A DNA stretch of 64,000 bases, from the NCBI GenBank assembly GCA_964500225.1, contig CAZCOA010000004.1:6479-70478 (forward strand), given 5' to 3'. Below the pieces are notes generated by a model. The model searched no databases, was not told where the DNA came from, and saw nothing but the letters and a program-made list of their open reading frames with translations. This DNA comes from an uncultured Anaerolineaceae bacterium (GTDB lineage: Bacteria > Planctomycetota > Phycisphaerae > FEN-1346 > JAACEH01). This document shows, one piece after another, positions 47,740 through 57,040 of this stretch. Made by a program: the position numbers and the translations under genes. Each line of letters begins with the position of its first letter. The stretch's first letter is position 1.

Positions 47740-48933
47740 TCAGGCGTACCCGCCAAAGCCGAAGAACCAGTGCCGCTTGGCGAACCGGTAGAGCCAGTGC
47801 TTCTCGGGAATCTCACGGCCGGGCAGATGCTGGCTGGCGTGCGGGGTCATGCGTTCCAGCTCGTCAAACCCGGTGCCGCGCCCCGTCGTGTCGCGAGCCC
47901 CCTGCCCCAGGAGAAACCCGCGGAGTTCCTGCGGAGCCTCCAGCAGGACACACCCTCGCGTCCGACGCGAAGCGAAGGCGCGGAATGCCTTCAGAAACTC
48001 CGACCGGTCGATGCGCCCGACCAGATCGTCGCCGTCGCCGACGCTCTCGACGGCAAACTGAATGGGCGGACAGGGCTCGATGTCGCCCCAGGGGTTGACG
48101 TGATAGGACATGCCCTCGGCCGCGGGACACACGGCCCTGCCCTCGGCGTCGTAGTATGTATCGACGATGAGAATCGGCTTGCGGCACCGCATCTCGACGA
48201 TGAAGCGGCGAAGCGCTACGAGTTCGTCGGGCGACAGTGCGAGCTCCGGACACGGATTGGCCCCCGACGGACGGTAGGCGTAGAACCAGACGTAGTGAAC
48301 GCCAAGGTCGATCAGGCGGTCCACGTGCGACTCGGAGGCCAGGTCGCTCAGATTCGACTTGCAGACGCTGGTGGCGACACCCGTGATGAGGCGTGCGTCC
48401 AGGCAGTGCCGCAGGCCGGCCAGAGTTCGCGCGTGGACATCCCGACCGCCTCGCCGTTGGTCGCTCACGGTCACGTTGCCTTCGATGCTCACCAGCGGCG
48501 TCACGTTACCGGCCCTTTGGAGCCTCCGGGCCGTGTCGGCTGTGATGAGAGTTCCGTTGGTAAACACCTGGAAGTAGCAGTTGGAGTAGCGTTCGAACAA
48601 GTCGAACAGGCCGTCGTAGAGCAATGGCTCGCCGCCAAGGATGCCGAAGAAACGGGTGCCTTGCTCTGCCGCCTGGGCGATGATGCGTCCGACGGCAGCC
48701 GCGTCCAAGTCCGTCGGCGGCCCGTCCGTGGCCACCCAGCATCCCTGACATCGCAGGTTGCAGCGGCTGGTTACCGATAGGAAAAGGAACGGCGGAAACT
48801 GGCGTCCGTCGGCCATGCGGCGGCGGAACCGTCGCATGGACCTTATGCTGCCGAGGCCAAAGTTCCAGAGGAACTTCCACAGCGTCCGCGGACGGCTTGT
48901 CGAGACCATGCGGTAGGCCAATCGTCCGAGCAC
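47740..48933 (-). CDS. Radical SAM domain protein, function unknown (orphan)
   Basis: CX3CX2C motif (SRCNLRCQGCW) followed by GILGGEPLL. C-terminal additional Cys (VCPAAEGMSYHVNPWGDIEPCPP). The start codon is uncertain (M1/M33/M40 of the track ORF). Confidence 0.65.
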   Translation of the reverse strand: MLGRLAYRMVSTSRPRTLWKFLWNFGLGSIRSMRRFRRRMADGRQFPPFLFLSVTSRCNLRCQGCWVATDGPPTDLDAAAVGRIIAQAAEQGTRFFGILGGEPLLYDGLFDLFERYSNCYFQVFTNGTLITADTARRLQRAGNVTPLVSIEGNVTVSDQRRGGRDVHARTLAGLRHCLDARLITGVATSVCKSNLSDLASESHVDRLIDLGVHYVWFYAYRPSGANPCPELALSPDELVALRRFIVEMRCRKPILIVDTYYDAEGRAVCPAAEGMSYHVNPWGDIEPCPPIQFAVESVGDGDDLVGRIDRSEFLKAFRAFASRRTRGCVLLEAPQELRGFLLGQGARDTTGRGTGFDELERMTPHASQHLPGREIPEKHWLYRFAKRHWFFGFGGYA

Positions 48934-49053
48934 GTTCTATCTTTCCCAAACAGGGGCACGCGAAATCCTGTGGCTTTGCATCCGAATTATAGCAGCCTCA
49001 CCAGGAAGCGGCGAGGACGAAAACGAATATTGCGGACTGTCACCGGCTCCGGC

Positions 49054-49082
49054 TTGCCAAAGTGGCGATTATGGCGTATCCT
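49054..49082 (+). promoter_or_regulatory. Candidate sigma70 promoter TTGCCA-17 nt-TATCCT upstream of the DUF4159-like gene
   Basis: Followed by an AGGGAG SD at 49121-49126 and ATG at 49133. Confidence 0.3.
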
Positions 49083-49132
49083 CCTGTTGTTGCAGGAGTT
49101 CCGAACAGCCGCGATGCGGCAGGGAGAATGCT

Positions 49133-51526
49133 ATGCGGTACAGCCTGCTTTGTTCCTGTGCTCTGTCTCTCGTGGTGGCGTCAGGGCTATCGGCCCAGGG
49201 GGTCGATCCTCGGGAGCCCACGGTTTCAGCCGAGGACATCGAATCATCCATTCGCCGCGGCGTTCAATATCTTTACAGCCTACAAAACGATCGCGGCACG
49301 TGGGACGATGCGGCCACGGCTGATGAGGCCGCGGCCAAAGCCGTCGCCAATGGGAAAGACCAGAAAGACGCCCGTCGGGAATTCGGCGGGCACACGGCTC
49401 TGGCGGTGCTGGCACTGCTCTATTGCGGCGAGAATCCCAAGGATCCGCGCCTTGACAAAGCCCTGAAGTTTCTCGCTGAAATCGAAGTCACCGGTACGTA
49501 CGTATGCGGTATCCGCACCAGCGTGTGGTCGAAACTGAACGATCCGAAGTACCGACGCCTGCTGACTGCTGATGCAACGTGGCTCCTCAGCGCCATGACG
49601 ACGGCCGAGGGAGCGATTCCCGGGAACTTCAGCTACGGCACGCCACACCCTCCGAAAGTACATGACCACTCGAATACGCAGTATGGTGTGCTCGGGCTTC
49701 GCGACGCGGCCATTCGAGGCGTGGAGATTCCACCAACGATTTGGAAGGCCATTTTGGACAACATGCTGTCGTGCCAGGCAGACAATGGCGGATGGGGTTA
49801 CTACATGTCGGCCAAAGACAACCCGTCACACACCTATGGAGCAATGACAGTGGGCTGTCTGGCCAACATTTTCATCACCGAAGAAATGCTCCAGTTGCTC
49901 GTCGAGGGCGACTACAACGGTCGCTCGACCAAGGGATGCGGACAGCGCAAGCCGCCTGCGGCCATCGAGAAAGCCCTGGCCTGGATGGATCGTAATCTGC
50001 CGGTGGACTTCGGGTTGAAGCAGGGAGGCGATGTGCAGACCTGGACCCCGACGGGCCATCACGGCATGGGCCGTTATTACTTGTATGCCCTGGAACGATG
50101 CGCCAGCGCCTGCGGACGCAAATCATTCGGCGGCGTGCTGTGGTTCGAGGAAGGTGCCAAACTCCTGCTGCGGCAGCAGGACGCGGCCGACGGTGGATGG
50201 AAGGCCGACTATTTCGGCAACGATGTTCACACGGCGTGGGCCCTGTTGTTCCTGTCGAAAGGGCAGGCCCCGATCTTTTACAATAAGCTGGACACCAAGG
50301 CCGACTGGAACAACCACATTCGGGCCGTGCCCTACATCTCCCAATACATCGCCGACGAACTGGAGCAGCGGATCAATTGGCAGGTGATCGACATTAACGA
50401 TCCGGTGGACACCTGGCTTGATGCGCCGGTGCTGATGTTCAGTGGGCACGACATTCCGGCATTTACGGACGAACAGAAAAAGAAGCTGCGCCTCTACACC
50501 GATTCCGGCGGCACGATTCTTGCCGAGGCCTGCTGCTCCAAGACGGAGTTCGTGCGAGGGTTCAATGCCCTGGCTCGGGAAGTCTGGCCCGAATGGGAGC
50601 TCCAAACGCTCGACCGCACACACCCGATGCTCTCATTCCATCATCAGATTCGCGGGCGACTGCCGCAGATCATGCATCTGGACGATGGATGCCGCAGCCG
50701 CGTGTTTCTCTTCATCACAGACGCCTCGGGGGCGTGGAACCACGACATGCGGAAAACGTATCTATCGTACTTCGAGTTGGGGATGAACCTAGGCCGTTAC
50801 GCCAGCGATAAGCGGATGCTGCGCAGTCGCCTGTTCTTCGAGCCGAACCTGTTCAAGGAGATGGCCGCCCAAGGCAAGGCCGCGCCATCGTCGCAGGCGT
50901 CGAACGTGACCGTACGGCTCGCCGACTGGCCGACCGAGGGCAAGCGGCTTACGGACATCCGCGGCCTGAGGCATCTGGCCGAGACGCTCAAGCAGGCAGC
51001 CAACGTCACCCTTGAGACGACGACACTTGAAGACAACAATCTCGACACACTGGACAATGTTCAGATTGTCCACATGAGCGGCCACCACGGTTTCAGCGTC
51101 AGTGACGAGAATGTGGCCAAACTCAAGGCGTTCATCGAGCGAGGCGGGTTGATCTGGGCCGATCCGCAGTGCGGCCGCGAGGCCTTCAAGAAATCGTTCG
51201 AGGAATTCGTCGCCAAGCTCGCGCCAGGGGCCGCCCTTGAGGCCGTCGCGGCGGACGATCCGCTGATGACGGGCAACGGCCTGCCGCGCCAGGGCTTCGA
51301 CCTGTCCAGCGTCCGCTATAAGCAAGCGGTGAAGCTGAAGGAGACGACGGCTGTGCTCAAGGAGTTGAAGATCGGCGGCAAGCGGGCCATCATCTACTCG
51401 CCCTACGACATCACGTGCGGAATGGACGGCCACGATTGCCCGAACTGTCTCGGCCCGCGACGCAACGACGCACTGAAGATCGCCGCCAATATCGTTCTGG
51501 CCGCGTCCGAAGCCTCTAGGCAGTAG
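49133..51526 (+). CDS. Secreted protein with N-terminal prenyltransferase/terpene-cyclase-like alpha-alpha toroid repeats and a C-terminal DUF4159-like domain
   Basis: Signal peptide (MRYSLLCSCALSLVVASGLSAQG). Repeats of the DNGGWG/DRGTWDD type. A C-terminal about 300 aa that I recall as the Planctomycete-enriched DUF4159 (putative class-I glutamine-amidotransferase-like fold). Confidence 0.6.
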   Translation: MRYSLLCSCALSLVVASGLSAQGVDPREPTVSAEDIESSIRRGVQYLYSLQNDRGTWDDAATADEAAAKAVANGKDQKDARREFGGHTALAVLALLYCGENPKDPRLDKALKFLAEIEVTGTYVCGIRTSVWSKLNDPKYRRLLTADATWLLSAMTTAEGAIPGNFSYGTPHPPKVHDHSNTQYGVLGLRDAAIRGVEIPPTIWKAILDNMLSCQADNGGWGYYMSAKDNPSHTYGAMTVGCLANIFITEEMLQLLVEGDYNGRSTKGCGQRKPPAAIEKALAWMDRNLPVDFGLKQGGDVQTWTPTGHHGMGRYYLYALERCASACGRKSFGGVLWFEEGAKLLLRQQDAADGGWKADYFGNDVHTAWALLFLSKGQAPIFYNKLDTKADWNNHIRAVPYISQYIADELEQRINWQVIDINDPVDTWLDAPVLMFSGHDIPAFTDEQKKKLRLYTDSGGTILAEACCSKTEFVRGFNALAREVWPEWELQTLDRTHPMLSFHHQIRGRLPQIMHLDDGCRSRVFLFITDASGAWNHDMRKTYLSYFELGMNLGRYASDKRMLRSRLFFEPNLFKEMAAQGKAAPSSQASNVTVRLADWPTEGKRLTDIRGLRHLAETLKQAANVTLETTTLEDNNLDTLDNVQIVHMSGHHGFSVSDENVAKLKAFIERGGLIWADPQCGREAFKKSFEEFVAKLAPGAALEAVAADDPLMTGNGLPRQGFDLSSVRYKQAVKLKETTAVLKELKIGGKRAIIYSPYDITCGMDGHDCPNCLGPRRNDALKIAANIVLAASEASRQ

Positions 51527-51553
51527 GGGCGGCGAGGCGTCGCGTCGGCGTCG

Positions 51554-52708
51554 TTAACCGAAGACCTTCCTCATGCGGTCGCAGTAGTACCGCACAAGGT
51601 CCCATTGGGCATCGGGCGGGATACGGTGGTCCGGACATGGGATGAAACCGCCCAGTTCCACCAGGGGACGCAGGCGCTCGACCTCCGCGTCGATGGCCGC
51701 GCGGTCGCGCGAAAACGCCACCTTGTTCATGCCGCCCACGCCTCGCAGGACCTTGCCGTGTTGCTCACGCCATGGGGCGATGCTGGCGCCCCACGTTCCG
51801 ACTTCGATGGGAAACATCGTGTTGACGCCGTTGGCGAGCCACGTCGGGATCAGCGCGTCGATCATGCCGTCGCAGTCCAGCGACACGATATCGATGCCGT
51901 GCTTCATCAGCAGGTCCGTGATCCGCTTGTAATGCGGCCCGACTTTGGCGTCGAAGACGGACGGAATCACCAGGGGACCGTTCTTGAAGCAGATGTCTTC
52001 CCAAAAATGGCCGAAATCGAATTTCGCACCCGCAGCAAGAACGAATTCGACCGTTCGGTAACATAGGTTGCCCACGGTCTGGATGATTTCGTCATAGAGC
52101 GTCTCGTCGTCGGCCAGCAGGTAGCACGATCCCTCGACGCCAAGGATATTGCGAATATGGCCGAAAAGGCTTCCGCAGTAAAGACCATAGGGGTAATCGC
52201 GATTGCCGGCCCGGAGGAACTCCAGTCCGCCTTGACCGTAGGGCACCAGCCTATCGCCAACGCGGACCAGAGACTTCGCGACGCGATCTTCGCTGAACTC
52301 GTAGCGCCACTTGTAGTGCTTTTCCCATGACGCACGATCCACGAGCGTGTGCTTGATCTCCGTAGGAATGCCCGTGGCGCCGGGCCGTTGCAGGACGATG
52401 ACGCCGTCTCGGTTCATGACGTGCTTCGAACCGTCGGGAAATTCCTCGACAACGTTCACGTCGAACGCCGGCAGCATCTCCATGTTGCCGTGGAAGACGC
52501 TGTACCAGTCGAAATCGAATCCCAGCCGTTCGCTGATGGCTGCACAGGTGGGATTTCCGTCCCCCCACGCGGCGGCCATCTCGGCCGTGATATGCCCTTG
52601 CTGCGCCCACTTGTCCAGGGTCTCGCGCCAGAAACCGAAATGCACGATCGGCAGCCTGTCGTACGGTTCGTAGTGAAGCACGGCCATGGCCCGCTCGCGA
52701 TGGGTCAT
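51554..52708 (-). CDS. Uroporphyrinogen-decarboxylase (URO-D) family protein; methyltransferase/decarboxylase-like. Start uncertain
   Basis: A large part of the ORF resembles the URO-D/MtaA TIM-barrel family. Divergently arranged with an AraC regulator. Confidence 0.5.
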   Translation of the reverse strand: MTHRERAMAVLHYEPYDRLPIVHFGFWRETLDKWAQQGHITAEMAAAWGDGNPTCAAISERLGFDFDWYSVFHGNMEMLPAFDVNVVEEFPDGSKHVMNRDGVIVLQRPGATGIPTEIKHTLVDRASWEKHYKWRYEFSEDRVAKSLVRVGDRLVPYGQGGLEFLRAGNRDYPYGLYCGSLFGHIRNILGVEGSCYLLADDETLYDEIIQTVGNLCYRTVEFVLAAGAKFDFGHFWEDICFKNGPLVIPSVFDAKVGPHYKRITDLLMKHGIDIVSLDCDGMIDALIPTWLANGVNTMFPIEVGTWGASIAPWREQHGKVLRGVGGMNKVAFSRDRAAIDAEVERLRPLVELGGFIPCPDHRIPPDAQWDLVRYYCDRMRKVFG

Positions 52709-52911
52709 CCCACGCGTTCCATGAGACTTGTCGCCTGCGGACATCTCGACGCCTCCTGCCGCCTGCACGGCAATAAGACCCCACATCCACCCCAAGGACG
52801 CTCTATTGCCCAGGATAGTGGGTTTTTCGTGGATTGCCATGGACAGAAATGGCATTCCCATGTACGATCGTAATGTCGCCATCAAGGCCGTGACGCCACC
52901 GGGAGCCGCCC

Positions 52912-53706
52912 GTGATCGAACTCCGTCCCCCCGACATCCACCCCAGAGTCCGCGTAGCCAACTACATCCATCCCCCCGTGGGACGTTCCTGGAACAACCG
53001 ATCCATTCCCGACTTCGAGCTGATCTGCGTGGTGTCGGGACGTTATGGCTACGAATCGCCCCAGCAACCGCCCGTGGCGGTGTCGGCCGGGCGCGTGCTG
53101 TGCATCCCTCCGGGGCCGCACAGTTTCTATCGCATCGACCGCGCCCGGCGCTCTACCATCAGTTGCATCCACTGCGAGTTAAGCCAAGAGGGCGATTATG
53201 CCGCCGGGGATTATCGCCTGGTCCCACGACCGCAACTGGTCACGGACATGTCGGACGACAAGTCCATGGCCGGCCTTTTTCGCCGCTGCGCCGAGGCGTT
53301 CGCCGGCTACGGCCGATACCGAAATGCCCTGGTCGAGACCATGGCGCGCGAGATATGGTTGCGACTGGCCGAACGATGGACCGGCGACGATGTGCGGCCT
53401 CTGTCTCGCCGCATGGAACAGATGCTCACGTTCCTCCGGCAGCATCTGATGCGTCCGGTCTCGCGGCGCGACCTGGCCCGTGCCTTCAGCGTCACGCCCG
53501 AGCACGTCAACGCCATGTTCAAGAAGCAACTCGGCATGACGCCCACGCGGTTCGTCCACCGGGAGCGGTGCCTGCTGGCCTACCGGCTGATGCGCGACGA
53601 AGGCCTCAGCGTCAAGGAGGCGGCCAGGATCACGGGCTTTGCCGACGCGTTTCACTTCTCCAAGGTGTTCAAGCGCGTCATGGGCATTCCGCCCAGCCGG
53701 GCGTGA
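52912..53706 (+). CDS. AraC-family transcriptional regulator
   Basis: N-terminal cupin-like sensing domain. C-terminal HTH_AraC (LSRRMEQMLTFLRQHLMRPVSRRDLARAFSVTPEHVNAMFKKQLGMTPTRFVHRERCLLAYRLM...ITGFADAFHFSKVFKRVMGIPPS). Confidence 0.75.
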   Translation: MIELRPPDIHPRVRVANYIHPPVGRSWNNRSIPDFELICVVSGRYGYESPQQPPVAVSAGRVLCIPPGPHSFYRIDRARRSTISCIHCELSQEGDYAAGDYRLVPRPQLVTDMSDDKSMAGLFRRCAEAFAGYGRYRNALVETMAREIWLRLAERWTGDDVRPLSRRMEQMLTFLRQHLMRPVSRRDLARAFSVTPEHVNAMFKKQLGMTPTRFVHRERCLLAYRLMRDEGLSVKEAARITGFADAFHFSKVFKRVMGIPPSRA

Positions 53707-53759
53707 GGCCGATCAGACCTGTTCGTGTGGTTCCGGGCGGCTGTCATGTCACATCGGAA

Positions 53760-54200
53760 TCATTTGCCGTGCGAAGGAGCACCACCCTGGCTGGGAACGA
53801 ACGCGAGCGAGGCCGAGTTGATACAGAAGCGTTGACCCGTGGGCGGCGGGCCATCGTCAAACACATGCCCCAGGTGCGCGCCGCATCGACTGCATACGAC
53901 TTCCGTGCGGTCCATGCCCAGGCTCATGTCGCGATGCCGCTTGAGTGCACCGTCAGATATCGGACTCCAAAAACTCGGCCACCCGCTGCCGCTATCGTAC
54001 TTGGTTTCGGATCCAAAGAGGGGTTGCCCGCAGACAACACAGCAATACGTTCCCTGTCCCTTAAAGTGCACGTACCGGCCCGTGAACGGCGGCTCCGTGC
54101 CCTTGTTCTGGGTAACACGAAACTGCATCGGCGTCAGACGCCGTTTCAAGTCTGCCGCCACCTCGCCGCCACCGATCGCATCTCGCTCATCCGAACTCAT
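53760..54200 (-). CDS. msrB: Peptide-methionine (R)-S-oxide reductase MsrB
   Basis: 147 aa from the internal ATG. Zn-binding CVVCGQPL...[12 protein letters not shown] and catalytic RFCINSASL. Confidence 0.85.
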   Translation of the reverse strand: MSSDERDAIGGGEVAADLKRRLTPMQFRVTQNKGTEPPFTGRYVHFKGQGTYCCVVCGQPLFGSETKYDSGSGWPSFWSPISDGALKRHRDMSLGMDRTEVVCSRCGAHLGHVFDDGPPPTGQRFCINSASLAFVPSQGGAPSHGK

Positions 54201-54255
54201 TGCCAAGCCTCCGGGCCACTCACTCAACACAACCACGTCTCCGGTGCGACACGGT

Positions 54256-54906
54256 TCAGTCGAAACCATAGCGGCCTCGCATCGCCACGAAGACGCATGA
54301 ACAGAACTCCGTCCGCACGACTTGGCCATGTTGCTTGACCACTTTGACAAGGTTCTGGATGCAGCGCGGCCCGGCGGGCACAATGGCGATGCCCGGATCG
54401 GCCAGTTGCTCGACCAGGGGCGGCGGAACGTCGGGGACGGCCGCCGTAGCCAGAATGCGGTCAAACGGGGCTGCCTCGGGCCAGCCCAGCGTTCCGTCGC
54501 CGACTCGGGCATGGACGTTGGTGAACCCCATCGCTGCCAGCGTCGCCATGGCGCGCCGACTCAGTTCAGGAACGTACTCGAGGGTGTACACCTCGCGAGC
54601 CAGACGGGCCAGGATGGCCGTCTGGTACCCCGACCCGGTGCCGATCTCCAGAACGCGCTCGGTTCCGGTCAACTTCAGTTCAGCGGTCATGAGAGCCACC
54701 ATGTACGGCTGGCTGATCGTCTGTCCGCAACCGATATCCAGAGGATGGTCGTGGTAGGCTTCGGCACGCATGTCGGCAGGCACGAACACGGCACGGTCCA
54801 CCTCACGCAAGGCCTCCAGAACCCGGCGGTCGGCGATGCCGCGGTCGGCAATCTGGCGATTCACCATGTCTTCAAGCGACGACGATGTTCTGCGACCGTC
54901 TCGCAA
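54256..54906 (-). CDS. pcm: Protein-L-isoaspartate O-methyltransferase
   Basis: [19 protein letters not shown]...[18 protein letters not shown] are canonical Pcm motifs. Confidence 0.85.
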   Translation of the reverse strand: MRDGRRTSSSLEDMVNRQIADRGIADRRVLEALREVDRAVFVPADMRAEAYHDHPLDIGCGQTISQPYMVALMTAELKLTGTERVLEIGTGSGYQTAILARLAREVYTLEYVPELSRRAMATLAAMGFTNVHARVGDGTLGWPEAAPFDRILATAAVPDVPPPLVEQLADPGIAIVPAGPRCIQNLVKVVKQHGQVVRTEFCSCVFVAMRGRYGFD

Positions 54907-54920
54907 GTTCGGGCCTCCGC

Positions 54921-55628
54921 TCAGGTCCTCCGCACAGCGTAGCGAATGAACAGGCGGATGAACCGCATGGTCTCGGGCAGTGGATTGATTTTGCTTCGCT
55001 CGGTGCCATAGATGGTCGGTATCGGGACCTCGCCGATGCGCAGCCCCAGGCGTCCGGCCCGTATGAGCAGTTCGCTCTCGGCGTCGAAACTGGTCGTTTC
55101 GGGTGCGGCGGCAAAGTACGCCGCCACGGACACATACCGGTACCCGCTCTGACTGTCAGTGATGCGGCAGCGAGCCATGCGGCTGATAATAGCCGACGTG
55201 ACGGCGTTGGTTATCCGGCGGATCCACGGCATGCCGCGAGCAGACCAGTTCTGGCGGGCGCCGATAACGATGTCCGCCCCGGCCTCGGCCGCCGCGACGA
55301 ACTGCGGAATCGCGGCCGGATCGTGTTGGCCGTCGGCATCCAGTGTCACGACCCCGTCGTACCCCTGCTGTCTGGCCCAGAGCAAGCCGGTCCGCAGCGC
55401 GGCTCCCTTTCCGGCGTTCCGCTCATGACGAATCACGGTAGCGCCGGCCTGCTCGGCGGCCTCGGCCGTCCCGTCACCGCTGCCGTCATCTATCACAAGA
55501 CACGGCAGATGGGCCCTGACACCGCGCACCACGTCGCCCACACGTTGGGCTTCGTGATACGCCGGAACAAGAGCAACGATTCGCAACGAGTTCCCCTCTC
55601 CGCCGACGCATGGACCGCCGGCCGGCAA
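54921..55628 (-). CDS. Family 2 glycosyltransferase (polyprenol-phosphate sugar transferase-like)
   Basis: VPAYHEAQ...IDDGSGDGT...LDADGQHDP is the GT-A DxD architecture. Confidence 0.8.
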   Translation of the reverse strand: MPAGGPCVGGEGNSLRIVALVPAYHEAQRVGDVVRGVRAHLPCLVIDDGSGDGTAEAAEQAGATVIRHERNAGKGAALRTGLLWARQQGYDGVVTLDADGQHDPAAIPQFVAAAEAGADIVIGARQNWSARGMPWIRRITNAVTSAIISRMARCRITDSQSGYRYVSVAAYFAAAPETTSFDAESELLIRAGRLGLRIGEVPIPTIYGTERSKINPLPETMRFIRLFIRYAVRRT

Positions 55629-56639
55629 CTAGGCTTCGGCCTGAAGACAGTCAGCGCCCTGGAGATGTGCCGAATACAGGGCCCGCTGCACACGATCCAG
55701 CAGCAGCGTCGCGTTGGCGTCGTCGCCTCGCATGGACGTCACACCGATGCTGGCCGTAATGCGACTGTCGTGAGGCCCGATGGCCGCGGTACGCACCGCG
55801 TCGAGGATGCGCTGTCCTGCCCTGGCGGCCCCCCGAATGTCCGTGTCGGGCAGCGCCACCAGCAGTTCGTCCAGGCCGAAGCGACCCAGGAAGTCGATGC
55901 CGCGGAGGTGAACCCTCACTTCGTCCACGAATGCCTTGAACAGTTCGTCGGCGGCATTCTGGCCGTTGGTGCGCTTGAATCGCATGAAGTTGTCGATGTC
56001 AATCAGCAGCAGCGACAGAGGCTGACCGTGACGCCGGGCCCGGGCCATCTCGTCATTGAGCCTCGTGCAGAAGAACTCGAAAGCCCAGACGCCGGTGGCC
56101 GGATCGACCACCTGCATCCGCCGCCGCTCGTCGTAGAGCTGGCATCGTCCGTGGCAGGCGGCGGCCAGACGCGACACCAGTTGGAGGACAAGCTGGTGGT
56201 CGGCGGTGAAGTAGGACGGCTGATCGCTTGTGGCCACAACGAAGCCGCAGGGACGGTGCATCTCGATAATCGGCGTGGCGATCAGCGATCCGTGCGAGTT
56301 CTCCAGCCGCAGCGGCCCGACGGCCGGATCTTGCGGGTCGATTTTCTCGATCAACACGTCGTGGCCCCCGTCGAGCACTCGAGCGATGGACGGCGCCTCG
56401 GGGTCCAGGGCGGCGTGGTTGATGAACGTCGCGCTGAGCCCGTGGCTGCCGACAATCTTGAGCTGGGAGCGGTTGTCCGCCAACATCACAATGGCGACCG
56501 CCCGCGGCTTCAGGAGCGAGAAGGCCACATGGGCCAGGCCGCTAAGCCCCTCTTCCAGCGACCAGGAGCCGCTGATCCTCTGACAGGCTCCTAACAACCG
56601 CTGACAGACCTCCTTGAAATCCATGGCGACGGTCTCCAA
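55629..56639 (-). CDS. GAF-domain protein with GGDEF-type domain carrying a degenerate signature (GLDEL instead of GG[D/E]EF)
   Basis: N-terminal GAF-like region. C-terminal diguanylate-cyclase fold (LLLIDIDNFMRFKRTNGQNAADELFKAF...RFGLDELLVALPDTD...). Confidence 0.7.
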   Translation of the reverse strand: METVAMDFKEVCQRLLGACQRISGSWSLEEGLSGLAHVAFSLLKPRAVAIVMLADNRSQLKIVGSHGLSATFINHAALDPEAPSIARVLDGGHDVLIEKIDPQDPAVGPLRLENSHGSLIATPIIEMHRPCGFVVATSDQPSYFTADHQLVLQLVSRLAAACHGRCQLYDERRRMQVVDPATGVWAFEFFCTRLNDEMARARRHGQPLSLLLIDIDNFMRFKRTNGQNAADELFKAFVDEVRVHLRGIDFLGRFGLDELLVALPDTDIRGAARAGQRILDAVRTAAIGPHDSRITASIGVTSMRGDDANATLLLDRVQRALYSAHLQGADCLQAEA

Positions 56640-57040
56640 GAGATGCCCCCTCTATAGTTCAATGTAGCCCAAGGTTCTACCCAAGTCAACGGATGTATGC
56701 ATCTGAGATGTGGTGGTAGTGTCGCAATTCCAATGGGCACACGGCATCGTCGCAGGACCCCGTGGCCGTCACCGCACTCGGATTCGCCGTGATCACCAGC
56801 TTCACCCTATTCGAGTTCATTGCCGCCATTGCGGGCCTCGCGCTGGAGCACGTGCCTGTAAGCGTGTCTGCGACGCCTCTTTCACCTTCGGTGGCATGGG
56901 CATGGGCGTGCTGGCCCTGTTGCTCAGCGTCCCCGCCACAATCCTGAGCATTGCCATCACGGTGCAGGAAATGGAGCGTCACCTGTGGTGCGACACGGCG
57001 TTCTGTGGTACAAGAAAGCCTCGCGTAGGAGTGGGTCCGC

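Noticed and set aside
47740-48933. Assigning the radical SAM protein to HpnH (adenosylhopane synthase) because of the SHC-family gene in the window
   Set aside because: The resemblance is limited to generic radical SAM features recalled from memory. The gene is 21 kb from the cyclase and on a different transcription unit. It is left as an unclassified radical SAM protein.
56762-56947. 61-aa hydrophobic ORF (MAVTALGFAVITSFTLFEFIAAIAGLALE...) in the GGDEF/GH-like divergent intergenic region
   Set aside because: Ala/Leu-rich hydrophobicity is expected by chance in GC-rich DNA. There is no start context or conservation evidence.
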